Shown: positions 51,388 through 64,000 of the stretch, in pieces
How the letters are laid out: each line of letters begins with the position of its first letter
Position numbering within the stretch: position 1 is the stretch's first letter
Assembly (NCBI RefSeq): GCF_964188315.1
Contig: NC_135662.1
Coordinates: 61,256,001 to 61,320,000 of the forward strand
Length of the DNA: 64,000 nt
Reading direction: 5' to 3'
Source: Podarcis muralis
Taxonomy: Eukaryota
Position numbers and translations under genes: made by a program
The notes under the pieces: generated by a model
Seen by the model: the letters and a program-made list of their open reading frames with translations, nothing else
Databases searched by the model: none
Told to the model about the DNA's origin: nothing

Positions 51388-52003
51388 CTGTCCAAATAGG
51401 TTGGCAAACCCTGATCTAGTCCAATCTAAGAACATCAGAACTGTCACTCAGTGCTAGAGCAGTTGCCCGATGAGCTCAGATCCTTGTCTGCTGGAAGATG
51501 CCTCAGATTCACAAAACAGGCTTTATCAATGCCTAAGGAAGATTCACAAGGCAGGCTTCATCTTTATTTTCCTCCCCAGCTGTGAATTGCCAGCATCTGG
51601 TAGTCAGAGCCCTCCTGTCTTTGCATACAAAGGATGCCCTCATCACTAACAGCCATCGACAGATCTGTGTAACGTGTAAGCATTACTCACTTGGAAGAGT
51701 CAACATGAGTACAAAGCGGTGTGGGGCCATAACTTTAGCGCTGCCTCCAAAATCAGACCAGCTGCTTGCATGTTTGAGTTTAACTGGGGAACTTTCTCTA
51801 CTCGTGTAGAGTACTTCCCATGTGATTTAGATCCCCAATCTTCCCCTGTTCTAAATTGTGAGGAAAAAGGTTCCCCGCAGCAAAAGTGCTGGGAAGCGGG
51901 CCCATGACATTTTGCTGCCTGAGGCGAAGGACACCCCATGCCACGTACAGTACAGAAGCTGAAGGAGCTGGCAGGAATACAGGAAGCTGCCTTATACTTA
52001 GTC

Positions 52004-52143
52004 CATACCTTCTGGCATTCCTTGGATGAAAATAGGGACATTTCTCACCCTGCCAACAGGGGAAATAGGGACATTCCAGGATCAAATCAGAAGTCGGGAC
52101 GGCTTTCGTAATTCCAGGACAATTGGTACACTTGGAGGGTATG
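52004..52143. mobile_element. MITE with CATACC termini
   Basis: cataccttctg...tggagggtatg, ttagtc duplicated on both sides; related copy at 26993-27131. Confidence 0.65.
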
Positions 52144-52149
52144 TTAGTC

Positions 52150-52318
52150 AAACCAATACTGAGCCTAGCTCACCATTGTCTGCACTGAGTGGCAGTAGCT
52201 CTCCAGGGCTTCTGACAGAGAATATTTTTTCGTCCTACCTGGAGATGCTAGGGATTGATAGCAGGGACTTCCTGCATGCAAAGCAGGTTCTCTATCACTG
52301 CACTACAGCCCTTTCCCC
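52150..52318 (-). mobile_element. tRNA-derived squamate SINE
   Basis: Similar to the plus-strand copy at 62385-62555 and to partial copies at about 33140-33250 and 36105-36225. Confidence 0.55.
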
Positions 52319-52587
52319 CCGAAGGGCTATTCCAACACTGCTGATGGACGGTGTCCGCCATTGCCACCGCTGAAGGCTTTGTAGAGGGCAATAGGGTAGG
52401 CTATGCTTCCATTTTTTCCTTCCCCAACCTCTGCTGCTTGGGGCAACAGTCTCACTCAAATGGTAGGGCTGGGCCTGCATAAGAAGCAGACCATTTTGGG
52501 AGTAGGGAGAAAGGTGTCCTTCTGCAGCCTCTTTCTGCTCACCTTGCCATTCACACAAACAACACCTGAGTAGAGCTACTGCCATCT

Positions 52588-52594
52588 TGTCTTT

Positions 52595-52652
<58 letters not shown>
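52588..52652 (+). repeat. (TTTC)n microsatellite
   Basis: About 14-15 tandem units. Confidence 0.95.
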
Positions 52653-52653
<1 letters not shown>

Positions 52654-53973
52654 AAAGAATAAAGCTGTTTACCTTAGCAGCCATCGCATACTTCCAGTGG
52701 TAGAGTGAATATTGACAGAGAAATATGTTTCTCGAAGAAATGAAATACTTGTGGACATATCTGCGTTCAGAGCTGCAAGTTAAACAAAACAAAAAACAAA
52801 AAAATAGGATTCTGGTCTGCAGCGCCACTGACTCAGACAGAGACACTCAGTGGCACCTTGCCCGGTTGCAGAGGTCTGTAGGACTGGTGTCAAAAGCAGT
52901 AAGAAGAAGGGATCGATATACAGCACATCATAATTTAATGACCCAGGCTCTCAAGATCAACCTTTTGTTCTCCGGTTTGTTTTAATGCTTCACCATTGCT
53001 GCGCTCACAAGGTACTAGAATTTTTGATACTATATGTTTTGAAAGTTTTCACTCATCCAGGGTGGCTGTTGATGGGTTTGGATGGGTGTCAATAAGCTAT
53101 TTGAAGTTCTTGAAAACTTGAAAAGGGATTTATTTGATAAACACTGTAAATTTGATGCTGAATGCCAGTTACTTATGAATGGCTGAGATAGGCTTTTGCC
53201 AGTGCTGGGAATTGTAGTTCTGTGAGGGATTCTCCTAACAACTCTCAGCACCCTCAACAAACTACAGTTCCCATGATTTTTGGGGGGAAGCCATGGCTGC
53301 TGAAGTGGTATGAGAGTGTTTTGACTGTGTGGTGTGGATTTGCACTTGTGCAGTAGAACTTCTCCTTCCCTGTGCACCCACTTAGTCTGTTCTGGGGGTT
53401 CCCTCAACCATCCGGAGTAGCTTCAGGGAGGATGCGGGAGGAGGCAAGGGGAGAGTTCTGTTGTGCAGGAGTAATTGAATGAGTGCATTGGATACCATCC
53501 AAAACCTGCTGATACACAAACTTTTATATAGACAGTGATTGGGAACATGTGACCCTCCAGATGTTGGACCTCAATTCCCATAATCCCAGACGGTAGGCTT
53601 TGCTGGCCGGAGCTGATGGAAGCTGGGAATCCAACAACGTCTGCAGGGCCACAGATTTCCTAATCCCAGAGATAGATCGCATGGTCACAAGGGCATTCTT
53701 GGAAGTGTTCCATAATGGTTACTTGGTCGCCTCTGATTTCAAATCAGTGTGTTTTTTTATTCTATACAGGTAACTATTCTATACTATTTTATTCTACACA
53801 AGTAACTCGCATCTTATGCTTATTTTACTTAGGGTGGTACTCAGAGTAGACCCACTGAAGTTAATGGTGGACAGAATTTAAATGAGATAAATAAAGGCCT
53901 GTCTGCCAATCTCTTCCCAAGCCAGTTCCATCCAGCACCTCTCTTGACAAGCTAAATACAGGAGAGGCTAGAC

Positions 53974-54232
53974 TAGGGTTGCCATATTTCAAAAAGTGAA
54001 AATCCAGATACAAAAGTTCAGCTTTTTGTTTTGTTTTGCCCAAAGTAGCTGAGCTACATTGAACTCAAATTCTTGAGCTATTTTTAAGTAAATTTGCCAG
54101 AATCTAGGCTTTCAACATGGGCTGCCATACGTCCGGATTTTCCCGGACACCTCAGCATTTTCCACCCGGACACTGTTACTGACTGCTGTATTCTAGCAGC
54201 GTTCAGGAAATTCCAGATGTATGGCAACCCTA
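53974..54232. mobile_element. hAT-type MITE
   Basis: TIR tagggttgccata...tatggcaacccta; ctagac duplicated on both sides. Confidence 0.75.
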
Positions 54233-57200
54233 CTAGACTGAATCCTGCCATTGTGATGTCTGAACTGCGCCATTGAGTCCTGGCACAAGGCTCAATGTTA
54301 GCCACTATTCATTTGAGTTTATAACGAGAAAATTGAAGCTGCTAATTACAAAATTAATACCTATTATTCATCACTCGGTAAGCATGTGCCTTTAGATCTG
54401 CCGAACCTAATAATTTCCTCACCATAAACACAGTTATTGAGCACTCTGCAGGTACATGCAGAATGTATAATCCTTTGCAAAAGGACACTCTTGCATGCTG
54501 GAACATTTAGTATAATACAATACATGTTAATAGCTGTTCTATTTACAAGACAGAACAATAGCATTGTAGGGTGTCCCTACAGAAATGTAGTCAAAGTGAT
54601 ATTGAAATGAACAGGGAGATTACAAAAAGGAACAGATTCCTATTAGTCTGAAACTGAAAGCTTCACGGAATCAAGGTCTCAGCCTCTACATCCTTTGTAG
54701 ATGCAGCAAACATTATAACTAACGGTGACTCAGTAAAGTCTGTATGTGGGAGAACCAGACAGATCTGAATCACCAGTTTCTCTATCTCTGAATCACAATT
54801 AGTGTCATGTAAAAGCCACAGTTCTCGGGATTGCATAAACTCAGGCAAGATGATGAGAAACCATGCAATTACAAACTGGTTTGCAACAAAATTCACTTTG
54901 AACTGAGGGATGTCAGCATGTTTAGACAGGAAATTTAGCACATTATTGAATTCCAAATAATTCCATTTGTATAGCAAGCTCTAATTTCACCCGAGTCTTC
55001 CAACTAGCTCTGTGGATTTCACACAAACTGCCATCTTTAAAAAGCTGCAGAGTAGATTATATAATACTATGTGCCTGTTCTTGGAAAAGATTCTAGGTGA
55101 GCTTTAACAAATAAGAGATACAGAAAGTGGTGCGATAAGAATGTTAAAAATGCCCAAACATATTTCTCTCTTTCTAGAATGCATTTTTAAAAACTGTACT
55201 CTCATCAAATTGATGCCATACTCAACATTTCCCTTTGAGTTCTTGATGCGCTGAATGATGCATGCGAATAAATAAAGTATTTTATGGGTTAAACTTAAAA
55301 GTGAATTTTGGTTGTTTCTGGACAGGTAACTCCTAGCACTACCACTGTAAACTTTTCCACTGCAAACTACAATCAGAATTGCAACAGAGGCTGTGTACAC
55401 AATACAGGCTTAAAACGCAGATAGGTCATTCGTTTTCTCAATCTGGATTGTGGGGGAAACACATCAAAACACAGTTTTTCCTAAGAAACACCAGGGTAGA
55501 TAGGGATTGTGTACACCGCTTCCGAACCAGCTGTGGGGGTGCACTAGATGTAGAATAGCAGAGGCGGGTTTAGGGGAGCGCAATTGGTTCGGTCTCACTG
55601 GGAACAGAGCCTCGAGGGTGCCACAGGGGGCTCCATAACTATGAAGTAGAATAGAAGTGGTGTGTGGGTGTCAAATTTTGGCATTGCAGAGGGCACCGCT
55701 GAAATTTGAGACCCCCAAGGTTCGCCACTGAGATTAGACAGGAGTGTGTACACAGCTTGACTTTCTACACTATTGGAAAGAGTTTACGTCCCACTATATT
55801 CTGTCCACACTAATGGGTGTGATGTCGTTGCTGTGGGTTGGGTCATTTGAACCTCACACATTCACTAGAATCCTTGAACAGAGTACCATTTTATGACTCC
55901 CATTTATTTCCCTTTCTATAAATATTTTAATTATTGTTAACACGCTTTGCTAGCTTTTTTAAAATGGAAAGAAACCCCACCTCTATAGTCTAGAAAAATC
56001 ACAATGTAGTTTTTGAATTATGCTGCGATGGTGTTAAAACACGATAATCAAGAATACTATTTTTTTTTAATATTTCGTTTAGAATAACTTTCCTGTCACT
56101 GTCATTTTAGTAACACCATTGATGGTGATGACTAGGAGGGTTGTATGTGTTTTTATAAATAATGTTGGGGGTGGGGTGAAGGATTATGGCGTTATAACAC
56201 TGTACCTCTCTCTCTCTCTCAAGTGTTTTTGTGATAATTCAAAAGATAAGAGTAAAAACATCTGGGTCATAAAATGGTACCCACTGTAAATGTGGTACAA
56301 GGTGAATTGGCCCAATCCAGGGGCCAAAGATTGGGGCCACAGGGCGCAATGGGGGTATCTGTGCACAGCTGTAAAAAATTAATGCGTTTGAGCTTTCACA
56401 AAAGCTTGGTTTAGGCATTACTCTTCATGCAATTGAGTTAATGTGGAGAGAGACAGTGCTCAACTGGTAATTGAGAAAATTGTGTTTCATCAAGTTAAAC
56501 CTTGGTTCTTCGTTTTAAGGATTCAGTGGAACCATGTCAGTGCAGTTGACTATAAAAATGCTCCTAAGTTTAGCTTAGGCTGGAAAACATGGAATGGGTT
56601 AAAGAGATTCCTTTGACATGTGTAATCGTCCACTGCTTGTTTTTACCTTGTCCAAAAATGAGGACAAGAAAAACTAGCTCATGCTATTCATAGGATTTGC
56701 TTGTTTGAATTGCTGTGAGATTTATTTCCATATATTGAACTTTTTTTGGGAGTCACAAGCTTTTCTATGGCACACCTCCAATTTACTAATACAGTAAAGT
56801 ATGCTAAAGTTTGCAGTGCCATGCATAAAAGCAAAAGGAAACGAAATAAAGTTGCAAGGATAATTTATTGAGCTGGGATGGACAGTGGCAAATAGAGAAG
56901 CTAATTGACAAGAGAGTTTTCACCTTTCATTTTTGATACTATCCTAGTCTACCAAAAAATGAAATTATATTATTTGGTTAGTTGACCTCTACTTAATACG
57001 TAGTAGAATGATTTGCTATACTGTAATAAGAAAAAGGAAAAAAAAAACGGTGACATTATACTGACAGAACAGAATGAAAAATCAGAAACATTGCATTACT
57101 TCATTTTTTATGTCCTTGTATTGGTATGATGTTAAAATGTGAGCACACTTGACTGAATATATTTGGTTTTGCTTTTACCTTCTCATGATAAATGACTTTA

Positions 57201-59642
57201 TTTTATATTATTTAAAGGGCAACTGGCCATGGAATATCTGGGCATAGTTTAGAACAGCCAGTTAAAATAGAGTGATAGGCAATCAAGTCACACTCAAAGT
57301 AGACCCATTGAACTCAATAAATTTAAGTAAGCTTAGTCCATTGTGAAGACCCGGGGGGGGGGGTTCTTCCCAAATTTTCCAGTTCCTCCCTGCCTAGTCT
57401 TTCACATCTTTAATAGCAATTCTGAGAGAGTCACACCTGTCAAAAAATAATCTAGGCTAGAGATTGTGGAAAATTCCTTAAGAAGTTGGGGGGGGGGTCT
57501 AGGGCTGCAGTCCTATGCTGCATACTTACTTGGGAATAAGTCTCAATGAAACCCCTATCAAGGTTTTTTGGGTGGAGGTAGCTGGTGTAACATGGTGTCT
57601 AAGAGACTGAGAGCCTCTGGTTCAAATCTCATCCTTGGCATGAACTCACCAAATAGCCTTAGGCAAGCTGCTCTCTTTAAACTTCAGTTCTCCCACCTGC
57701 AAAATGGGGCAGGACAATTATGATTTACCTTACAGGATTATTGTATGCTTACAAGAAGAAAATGCATAGAATTTAAAAACGCTGTGCAATGGCTCCCATT
57801 ATTATAAGGATTTTTATTATTTTCTGTTACAACAATAAACTATAAAAACTTTTAACAAACACCGGAGCACTGGCGTTCTTGTCACGTTTCCCATTTTCCT
57901 CCTCAAGTGCACACTTCTGTTGCAAGACACCGAAGCACTAACAAACTTCTCTCCTTAGTGTACCATGTACAGAAGGTGGGATCAATGCGGGGGCACCTTT
58001 GCCAACATACATTATGAAAAGCATCCAAGTATCTGCAAATCTGTCCTTCACTTTAGGTTCTCTGCTGGCTCTTTGGTGCTGTGTAAGCATCTTGTGTAAA
58101 GTGTGATTGGAAAGCCAAACCTTTACTGAAAAGCCTGCTGTCTTCCAGCATCATGCCATTTCTGCTAGAGCAGCTACCAACACAAAACACAATCAGATCT
58201 TCACGCACTAGTTCTCCTTTTTGCGTTTCTGAAAGTGACAACAGTGCTGGTGTTGGACCCATAACAACCATTTGCCTGGTTACCCGTGAAGTTAAATGCT
58301 GCCATCCAGAATCTGTGGATGCCCGGGAAAGTCCACAAGTGAAATAAGAGTTCCCACTTTCTTGCACTCCCACCAAACTTTAGGCAATACATACTTGTTA
58401 ATATAATGAAGCAGTACTGGTGTGAGGTGCTACTACCTTAAGAGAAGGTTCCTTAACTCTTACCAAGTTCCTTAACTCTTACCAAGCTGCTGAATTCAGT
58501 CCCTCCACCCCACTGCTTGTCTGTCATAGAAAAGTCCATCTCCTAGTTCTGCTCCCACACTATCTTGGTTCTGTACTGCTCACTAAAGTTTGTGATATAA
58601 AGAACAGGGCTTTTTTTCAGCTGGAACTCACCGGAACTCAGTTCTGGCACCTCTCAGGTGGGTGCCATTGCCATTTGAAGAGAACAAGGGCAGAGTTTAT
58701 GGTGAGTTCCAGCACCTGTTTTTCTAGAAAAACAGCACTCATCAAGACCTTATACATGAAAGGAGATAGCCCTCTCAAAATAAGATGACATAATGCATGT
58801 GTTTTTGAACAGTGTTGACCTGTCCAAAGACATGCCTCTGTGCATTTTATGGGCAAATGAGATAATCTGTGCACTCTGAAATCCTAACAGTGCCTTGTCT
58901 TGAAAACACTTCCTAAACTTACCATGTTCCAAACATGTCTAATAGGTCCCATAATCTGTAATGCCCTTGTACTCCCAAATACAGGCAACCCCCCCACTTA
59001 TGCACACCCCACTTGCGTGTGCCCGTATTTTACCCTGCATTAAATACATGGCTGGTGGTAGCTACATGCATGTCTCTTTCTCAGAAGTAAAAATTAAGTA
59101 AATTAACACTATAGCACCCTCTAATTCAAACCAAGTCATTTATTTCTTATTAAGCACAATACAGAGATTTCCAGTTAATAATATATCTTTATTTAATGTA
59201 TGATACTTAAGTGAAGGTGCACAGGTGTTCACATTTCATGAAAAAGGTTGGGAAAGCACGTCAAACTGTATGAGCGCAAGACTCTCTTCACAGGTGTACA
59301 TGCACATACCTGATACAAGGTGATCTTTCAAGCACTCCTTCCTTGGCAGGCAATAATTGTAGTGATGTGTGTTGCATGGTAAAAACAGTACACGTGACTT
59401 AAATCTCTTACATTTTACGTATTGCGTTTCCTAATGTGTGTGACACAGAATCATGTTATAATCAAATTAGATTACAGTGTTTTATTCCATACAACATGAA
59501 CCCTGAGTGGTGATTGGATTTGTGAAAAATACCACCAGTGATGCCTTGTAGATAAAAGGGGCTTCAGCAGGGATTGCCCCATAGTTGGCCGAGAAGCAGA
59601 GGCCTTGTGGAAGCAGGAATAGAGGCCTAAGAGGGTTTAGAT

Positions 59643-59779
59643 CAGGCATAGGCAAACTCGGCCCTCCAGATGTTTTGAGGCTACAATTCCCATCATCCCT
59701 AGCTAACAGGACCAGTGGTCAGGGATGATGGGAATTGTAGTCCGAAAAACATCTGGAGGGCCGAGTTTTCCTATGCCTG
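59643..59779. mobile_element. Palindromic hAT MITE
   Basis: caggcataggcaaact...agttttcctatgcctg; 8-bp TSD gtttagat. Confidence 0.9.
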
Positions 59780-60599
59780 GTTTAGATGAAGTGGGAGGCT
59801 GAGAAACAGCTTCTCACAGGTTCTGAGGAGACAGGCAGATATGTGAGCTGCTGTCAGGAAGGCAACGAACAGGTAAATGAGCTTTGTGAGGTAGCTTGCT
59901 GAAGTGGCAAAGTGCTGAACTGCCCACATTTATTGGAACCCACCAGTCACATTCCAGCATGCCTTTCATCTTAGAATCTAAAAATATTTCTGATGTAGTG
60001 TCACTTTGAACTGGTAATCTTGCATATGGATTAACAGAATATAGTGAATTTAGAAAGTAACTTTTCCTGACGTTTTCTAAAGGCTCCTTCCAATATTACA
60101 TTTTCCTACCTGCATTTAATAATAGGAAGGTGAGAAAATGTGTGTCACTGGTCTTTTTAAGTCAGGAAGGTCTGTTTCCAGAGACTGAGAATTGCATGAA
60201 ATATGGAGCAGGTTTTGTGAGTCCTTTATTTGCAACAAACACTCCCATCATTACAATGATGCCCATTTGTGACCAATTTCTGGTTACTTCCAATGTGGTG
60301 AAACTGGGTTAATTTAATGGCAGGATTCTCCAATCTTGCCTGAGACTAGAAATTATCCTCCTTTCATTGTTTAATTGATGGCATTTCTATGCCCTCCAAC
60401 GACCCTTCTGTGGGCATCTAACAACAACAACAAAAATACAACTATAAATCTTAAAAACAAGAATAAATAATGCAGAAGCAGAGAGAAAAACGACAACCTC
60501 AGACTCTCAAGAAATAGCACTGAAACTTATTTTAAAACAAGCGTAAAGTTGTTGCTGTTAAATTACAGAAGGCCTGGTGTGTTTTTTCTAAAAGGGGTC

Positions 60600-62250
60600 T
60601 TTTCACCTCATGCCCAAACCACGGCAAAAAGGCGCCAAATGTTCCTCCGCGGAATGACAATGTGTTTTTGCGGGTCGGAGGGCTCCGCGCGCTTAAGTCC
60701 ACGCCAGCCTTGCCTTGATCCTCGAGGGAGAGGCTTGCAACAGCGGCCTCGGGTGTTTGCAGCAAAGGCCGGCAGCTCCCCTGTGGCTGCAGCGATGGCC
60801 TCCTGACCTTTCGCTGTCCTTCCTGCGGCGCGGCGGGCGCCGCCCGGAGCCAAATGCTGCCGTAAGCCGGCCACGAGCGTGCAAGGAAGGGAGCAGCCGC
60901 TCAGGTTTTCCCTCGCCGCTGGCTCGTCATTATTTTCTTCCGCGCTGCGCTTGCAAGCAAGCAAGCCAGCTCTGGGAGAAGGAGGAGGAAGAGAAGAGGT
61001 GCGGCGGTGGCGGGGGGGAACCGTGGGGGGGGGGGGGAGAGAGGAGCAGCCCGAGCCGCCCTCCCCAGCCGGATGGGCGGCCAATGGCACGCGGAGAGCT
61101 CGAGAGGGCGTTGCAGGCGGAGGGAACACACGGGAGGTGACAGCTCAAACTCCTCCTATTCTCACAATGCTCAGGAGCGCATTGTGGTGAACATGGCAGA
61201 GGAGGAAGATTAAGACCCGCCGAGCTGCTGCTGCTGCTGCTGCTGCTTCCTCCTCCTCCTGACCACCGAGCCACTTGTTGGCTGCTCTGAGGCCCCTGTG
61301 GTGGACGGCGCGGCGACGGTGCAGGGCTCTTGTGAAGGGAGGCAGCGCTAGCCTTGCGAGCGAGCGGCCGGGTTGCGTTTGCGCGTGTGCTGAATTCATT
61401 TATTAATTCTGTGTGTATGTGTGTGTGGAAGGCAGGCAGGCGAGACCAGGAAGCGCTACGAATCCGGGGCTTGGCTCTGCGTGTGATGATCCGGCTATGG
61501 AGGGGCAGCGTCGGGGAGCTGAGGAGGAGGCAGATGCTTGGCCGGTGAGGCGGCTGGCGCGCCAGGGGCCCGCGGCCAGGGGCACAGCCGGCAGCCGTCG
61601 CCGCTGCTGCCGGGACCGGGCGCCGCTCGCCCGGTGTAGCAGCAGCAGCAGTAGCAATAGCAGCAGCAGTTCGCAGCTGGGACTGGGCGCCCTTTGCATT
61701 GCAACTCCGCATCGCTCGTACTATTGCGGCTCCGCGTGAAAGGAGGAGGGCCAGCCAGGAGGAGGAAAGGAAAAGCGGGGGGGAGGCATCGAGAGGGGAA
61801 GGGCAGATTGCAGCAAGGAGGATTGGAGGAGGAGGAAAGGGGGCAGCCGCCCGCAGCAGCAGCAGCAGCCATGCTGCCCGGGGTGGGTGTGTTCGGCACC
61901 AGCCTGACCGCCCGGGTCATCATCCCTCTGCTAAAGGACGAGGGCTTCGCGGTCAAGGCGCTCTGGGGCCGCACTCCGGAGGAGGCGGAGGAGCTGGCCA
62001 AGGAGATGAGCGTGCCTTTCTACACCAGCCGGATAGACGAGGTCCTGCTGCACCAGGATGTGGATCTGGTCTGCATCAACCTGCCGCCGCCGCTGACCAG
62101 GCAGATCGCCGTCAAAACTCTGGGTGAGTGAGTCGACATCGTGGCCCGGCTTTTTTGGGGGGTGGGTGGGGGCGGAGGCCCTGCCCTGGAGCGGGAGGTG
62201 GGGGCGTGGAAAGAAGAGGTGGCTTTTTGAAAGGGGAGGCGCTGTGGGTT
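60600..62250 (+). promoter_or_regulatory. CpG island / GFOD1 promoter and long 5' leader
   Basis: 1.6-kb GC/CpG-rich block with CTG/CAG runs and ccaat at 61081, covering the first coding exon. Confidence 0.85.
61871..62123 (+). CDS. GFOD1: Glucose-fructose oxidoreductase domain-containing 1, coding exon 1
   Basis: [35 protein letters not shown]...QIAVKTL is near-identical to recalled human GFOD1; 253 nt, donor GTGAGT; the rest lies beyond the window. Confidence 0.97.
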
Positions 62251-62384
62251 CAACGCTGTTTGGAAATCCATTGCCTTGGGTGGGGTCCTGTTGCAGCAAC
62301 CCCTTGCGGGGAAAGGAAAGATGCTCTGCACATGCCCAGAGACAGGGACGTCTTGTTGTTATTACTCCTTATGCTCCAGAACCA

Positions 62385-62555
62385 TAGGGAGAAGAGCCGT
62401 AGCTCAAGTGCTTTGGCAGCAGAAGGTCTCTGGTTCAATCTTTGGCATCTTCAGGTAGGAATAGGAAGTCTTCCTGCCTGAAGTGTCAGACAGCCGCTGC
62501 CAGCCTGTGTAGACAATGCTGGCCAGTGGTCAGTCTTGGAATAAAGCAGCTTCCT
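62385..62555 (+). mobile_element. tRNA-derived squamate SINE
   Basis: gtagctca..ggttcaatc pol III boxes followed by ctgccagcctgtgtagacaat...gcagcttcct body. Confidence 0.6.
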
Positions 62556-63499
62556 TAGGTGACCTGATGCAAAGCGTTCTTTTCGGAGGCATTTTGCTGC
62601 TGAGTATTAGTTGCTGGGGAGCATGGGCAGGAAAATGCAACTGTGCCTAGGCATCTGATTGGCCACAGAATACAGAACTAGATGGGCCTTTGGTCAGCTC
62701 CAGCAAGGCTAGTCTTATGCCCTTTAGACCTGACTGACACAAAAAGAAGGTTCCAATCCTCCTGAGGTTATTTTAAATCCCAGGCATGGAGGGTCATCTC
62801 AAAACATTCCTCTATTCTTTGATTTGACCTGAGGTAATTTCTAAAACTCAAGTCTTTTTGGAAGCCTCAGTTCTAGTCTGCAAACTCTAATCCTGGGAGG
62901 ATTAATGTGAGGAAAAGGTCCTCTGCACACACACAAAGGTAGCCTTGGCTGATTTTTGGCACTGGAAACGGGCTCCACTGCTGAGTCTTGGAGAACCCTC
63001 AAGTGAGGTGTAGTAATTAGTGGAACATAGCCCTTGACAGGTTCTAATTTAAAGCTCAGGGAGGAGCTCTGACTATCCTCTCACATTTTTTCCAAACACA
63101 CCTCGATGATTATTTCTGGTTGGGATGGAATTCCTCTTTCCCAGGTGCCTCTTTGAAGCCATGAGCCATGGGTCTATGCTTCTTTACTTATCTTATTTGT
63201 ATCCCACCATTTGTCAATAAACTGAGGGCCAGCATGTTTTGCCATTGTCTGAAAGCTAAGATAAAAATATCACAACCACAAAAACTATGTGAGAGAACAG
63301 CCATGCTGAGAGAAAGTAGATGGCTGAAAATCACTCACCTGGAGAGCTTCATGACTTGAGTGGGGATTTAAATTTAGTGTTTCTGATTCAACACCATCAT
63401 GCCACTCTGCCTCTTTCTTGGGCTCCATTATTTCTGTTTTGGCGCCAGTGAGTAAGACATTCCAAGTATTAGTCTTTCATGTACAGATGAGTAAACTCA

Positions 63500-63890
63500 G
63501 GGTATGTGCACATTACCATTTACTCTGCTTCCAGTGTGTTCCCACAGCTAGATTTTGAGGCCACAGCCCATATCGATCCTGTACTACTACGTGAAGTGTT
63601 ATTTTTTTCATGAAACCAGTTTCAGTCTGACTACAAAATGTAAGCTGCATTCAATTCATGCTTCAGAATGGTGTGAACGTTCAAGATGGCTGTGGCACAT
63701 GCGCAGATGAGTGTGCATGCGCAGATGGGTGTGCATGCGCTGGTTTTCAGGGGAGGGGAAACCAGAAGTGCCGTGCATGTTATGTGAACATGCCTTCCTC
63801 TGATGTGAACAACACTGTGCCGATGTGGTTTGAAACTCAGCAGAGGAAAATGGTTTTGCTGCATTTTAAGCCGCTAATGTGAACATACCC
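63500..63890. mobile_element. Possible MITE with internal 18-bp tandem repeat
   Basis: gggtatgtgcacattac versus ctaatgtgaacataccc (15 of 17 inverted match); catgcgcagatgRgtgtg twice plus a partial unit at 63698-63740; no clear TSD. Confidence 0.4.
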
Positions 63891-64000
63891 AAAGAGTAGG
63901 AATTGGGAATGCTGAGAGAGCTGTGAAATAACTATGGCCGTATCTAGCTAGAAATAAATGTAGTTTTTAACTTTCAGTCGCTGCAAAAATGTCACCTGAT

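Noticed and set aside
54663-54977. 104-aa minus-strand ORF in AT-rich DNA
   Set aside because: No recognisable family or motif and no convincing splice context; BLASTX would settle it.
57850-58390. Coding-looking block with a Cys/His pattern (CRYLDAFHNVCWQRCP) and a 107-aa ORF
   Set aside because: Could not match to MAK, GCM2, SIRT5 or any zinc-finger consensus; frames contain stops.

Overview
Eukaryotic genomic DNA from a squamate reptile, probably a lacertid lizard (inferred from a Sauria SINE and the MITE families). Five protein-coding genes are mapped to splice sites: NUP153 exons 1-2 (minus, continues off the left edge), a TRNAU1AP paralog at the C6orf52 locus (minus), complete PAK1IP1 (10 exons, 366 aa, plus), complete TMEM14C (4 coding exons, 107 aa, plus) and GFOD1 coding exon 1 (plus, continues off the right edge). 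Four CpG-island promoters and many repeats are present: Tc1/mariner-type and hAT MITEs, SINEs, LINE fragments and a deleted Gypsy LTR element. Top observations: (1) a 729-bp non-autonomous hAT element carries a decayed genomic copy of sepiapterin reductase (SPR) exon 1 with its splice donor, and an empty sibling element lies in the same window; (2) the C6orf52 gene looks like an evolutionary intermediate, with RRM1 exons decayed, RRM2 intact and a repeat-expanded Arg/Tyr/Asp/Glu domain. All homology calls are from recalled protein sequences, not database searches.
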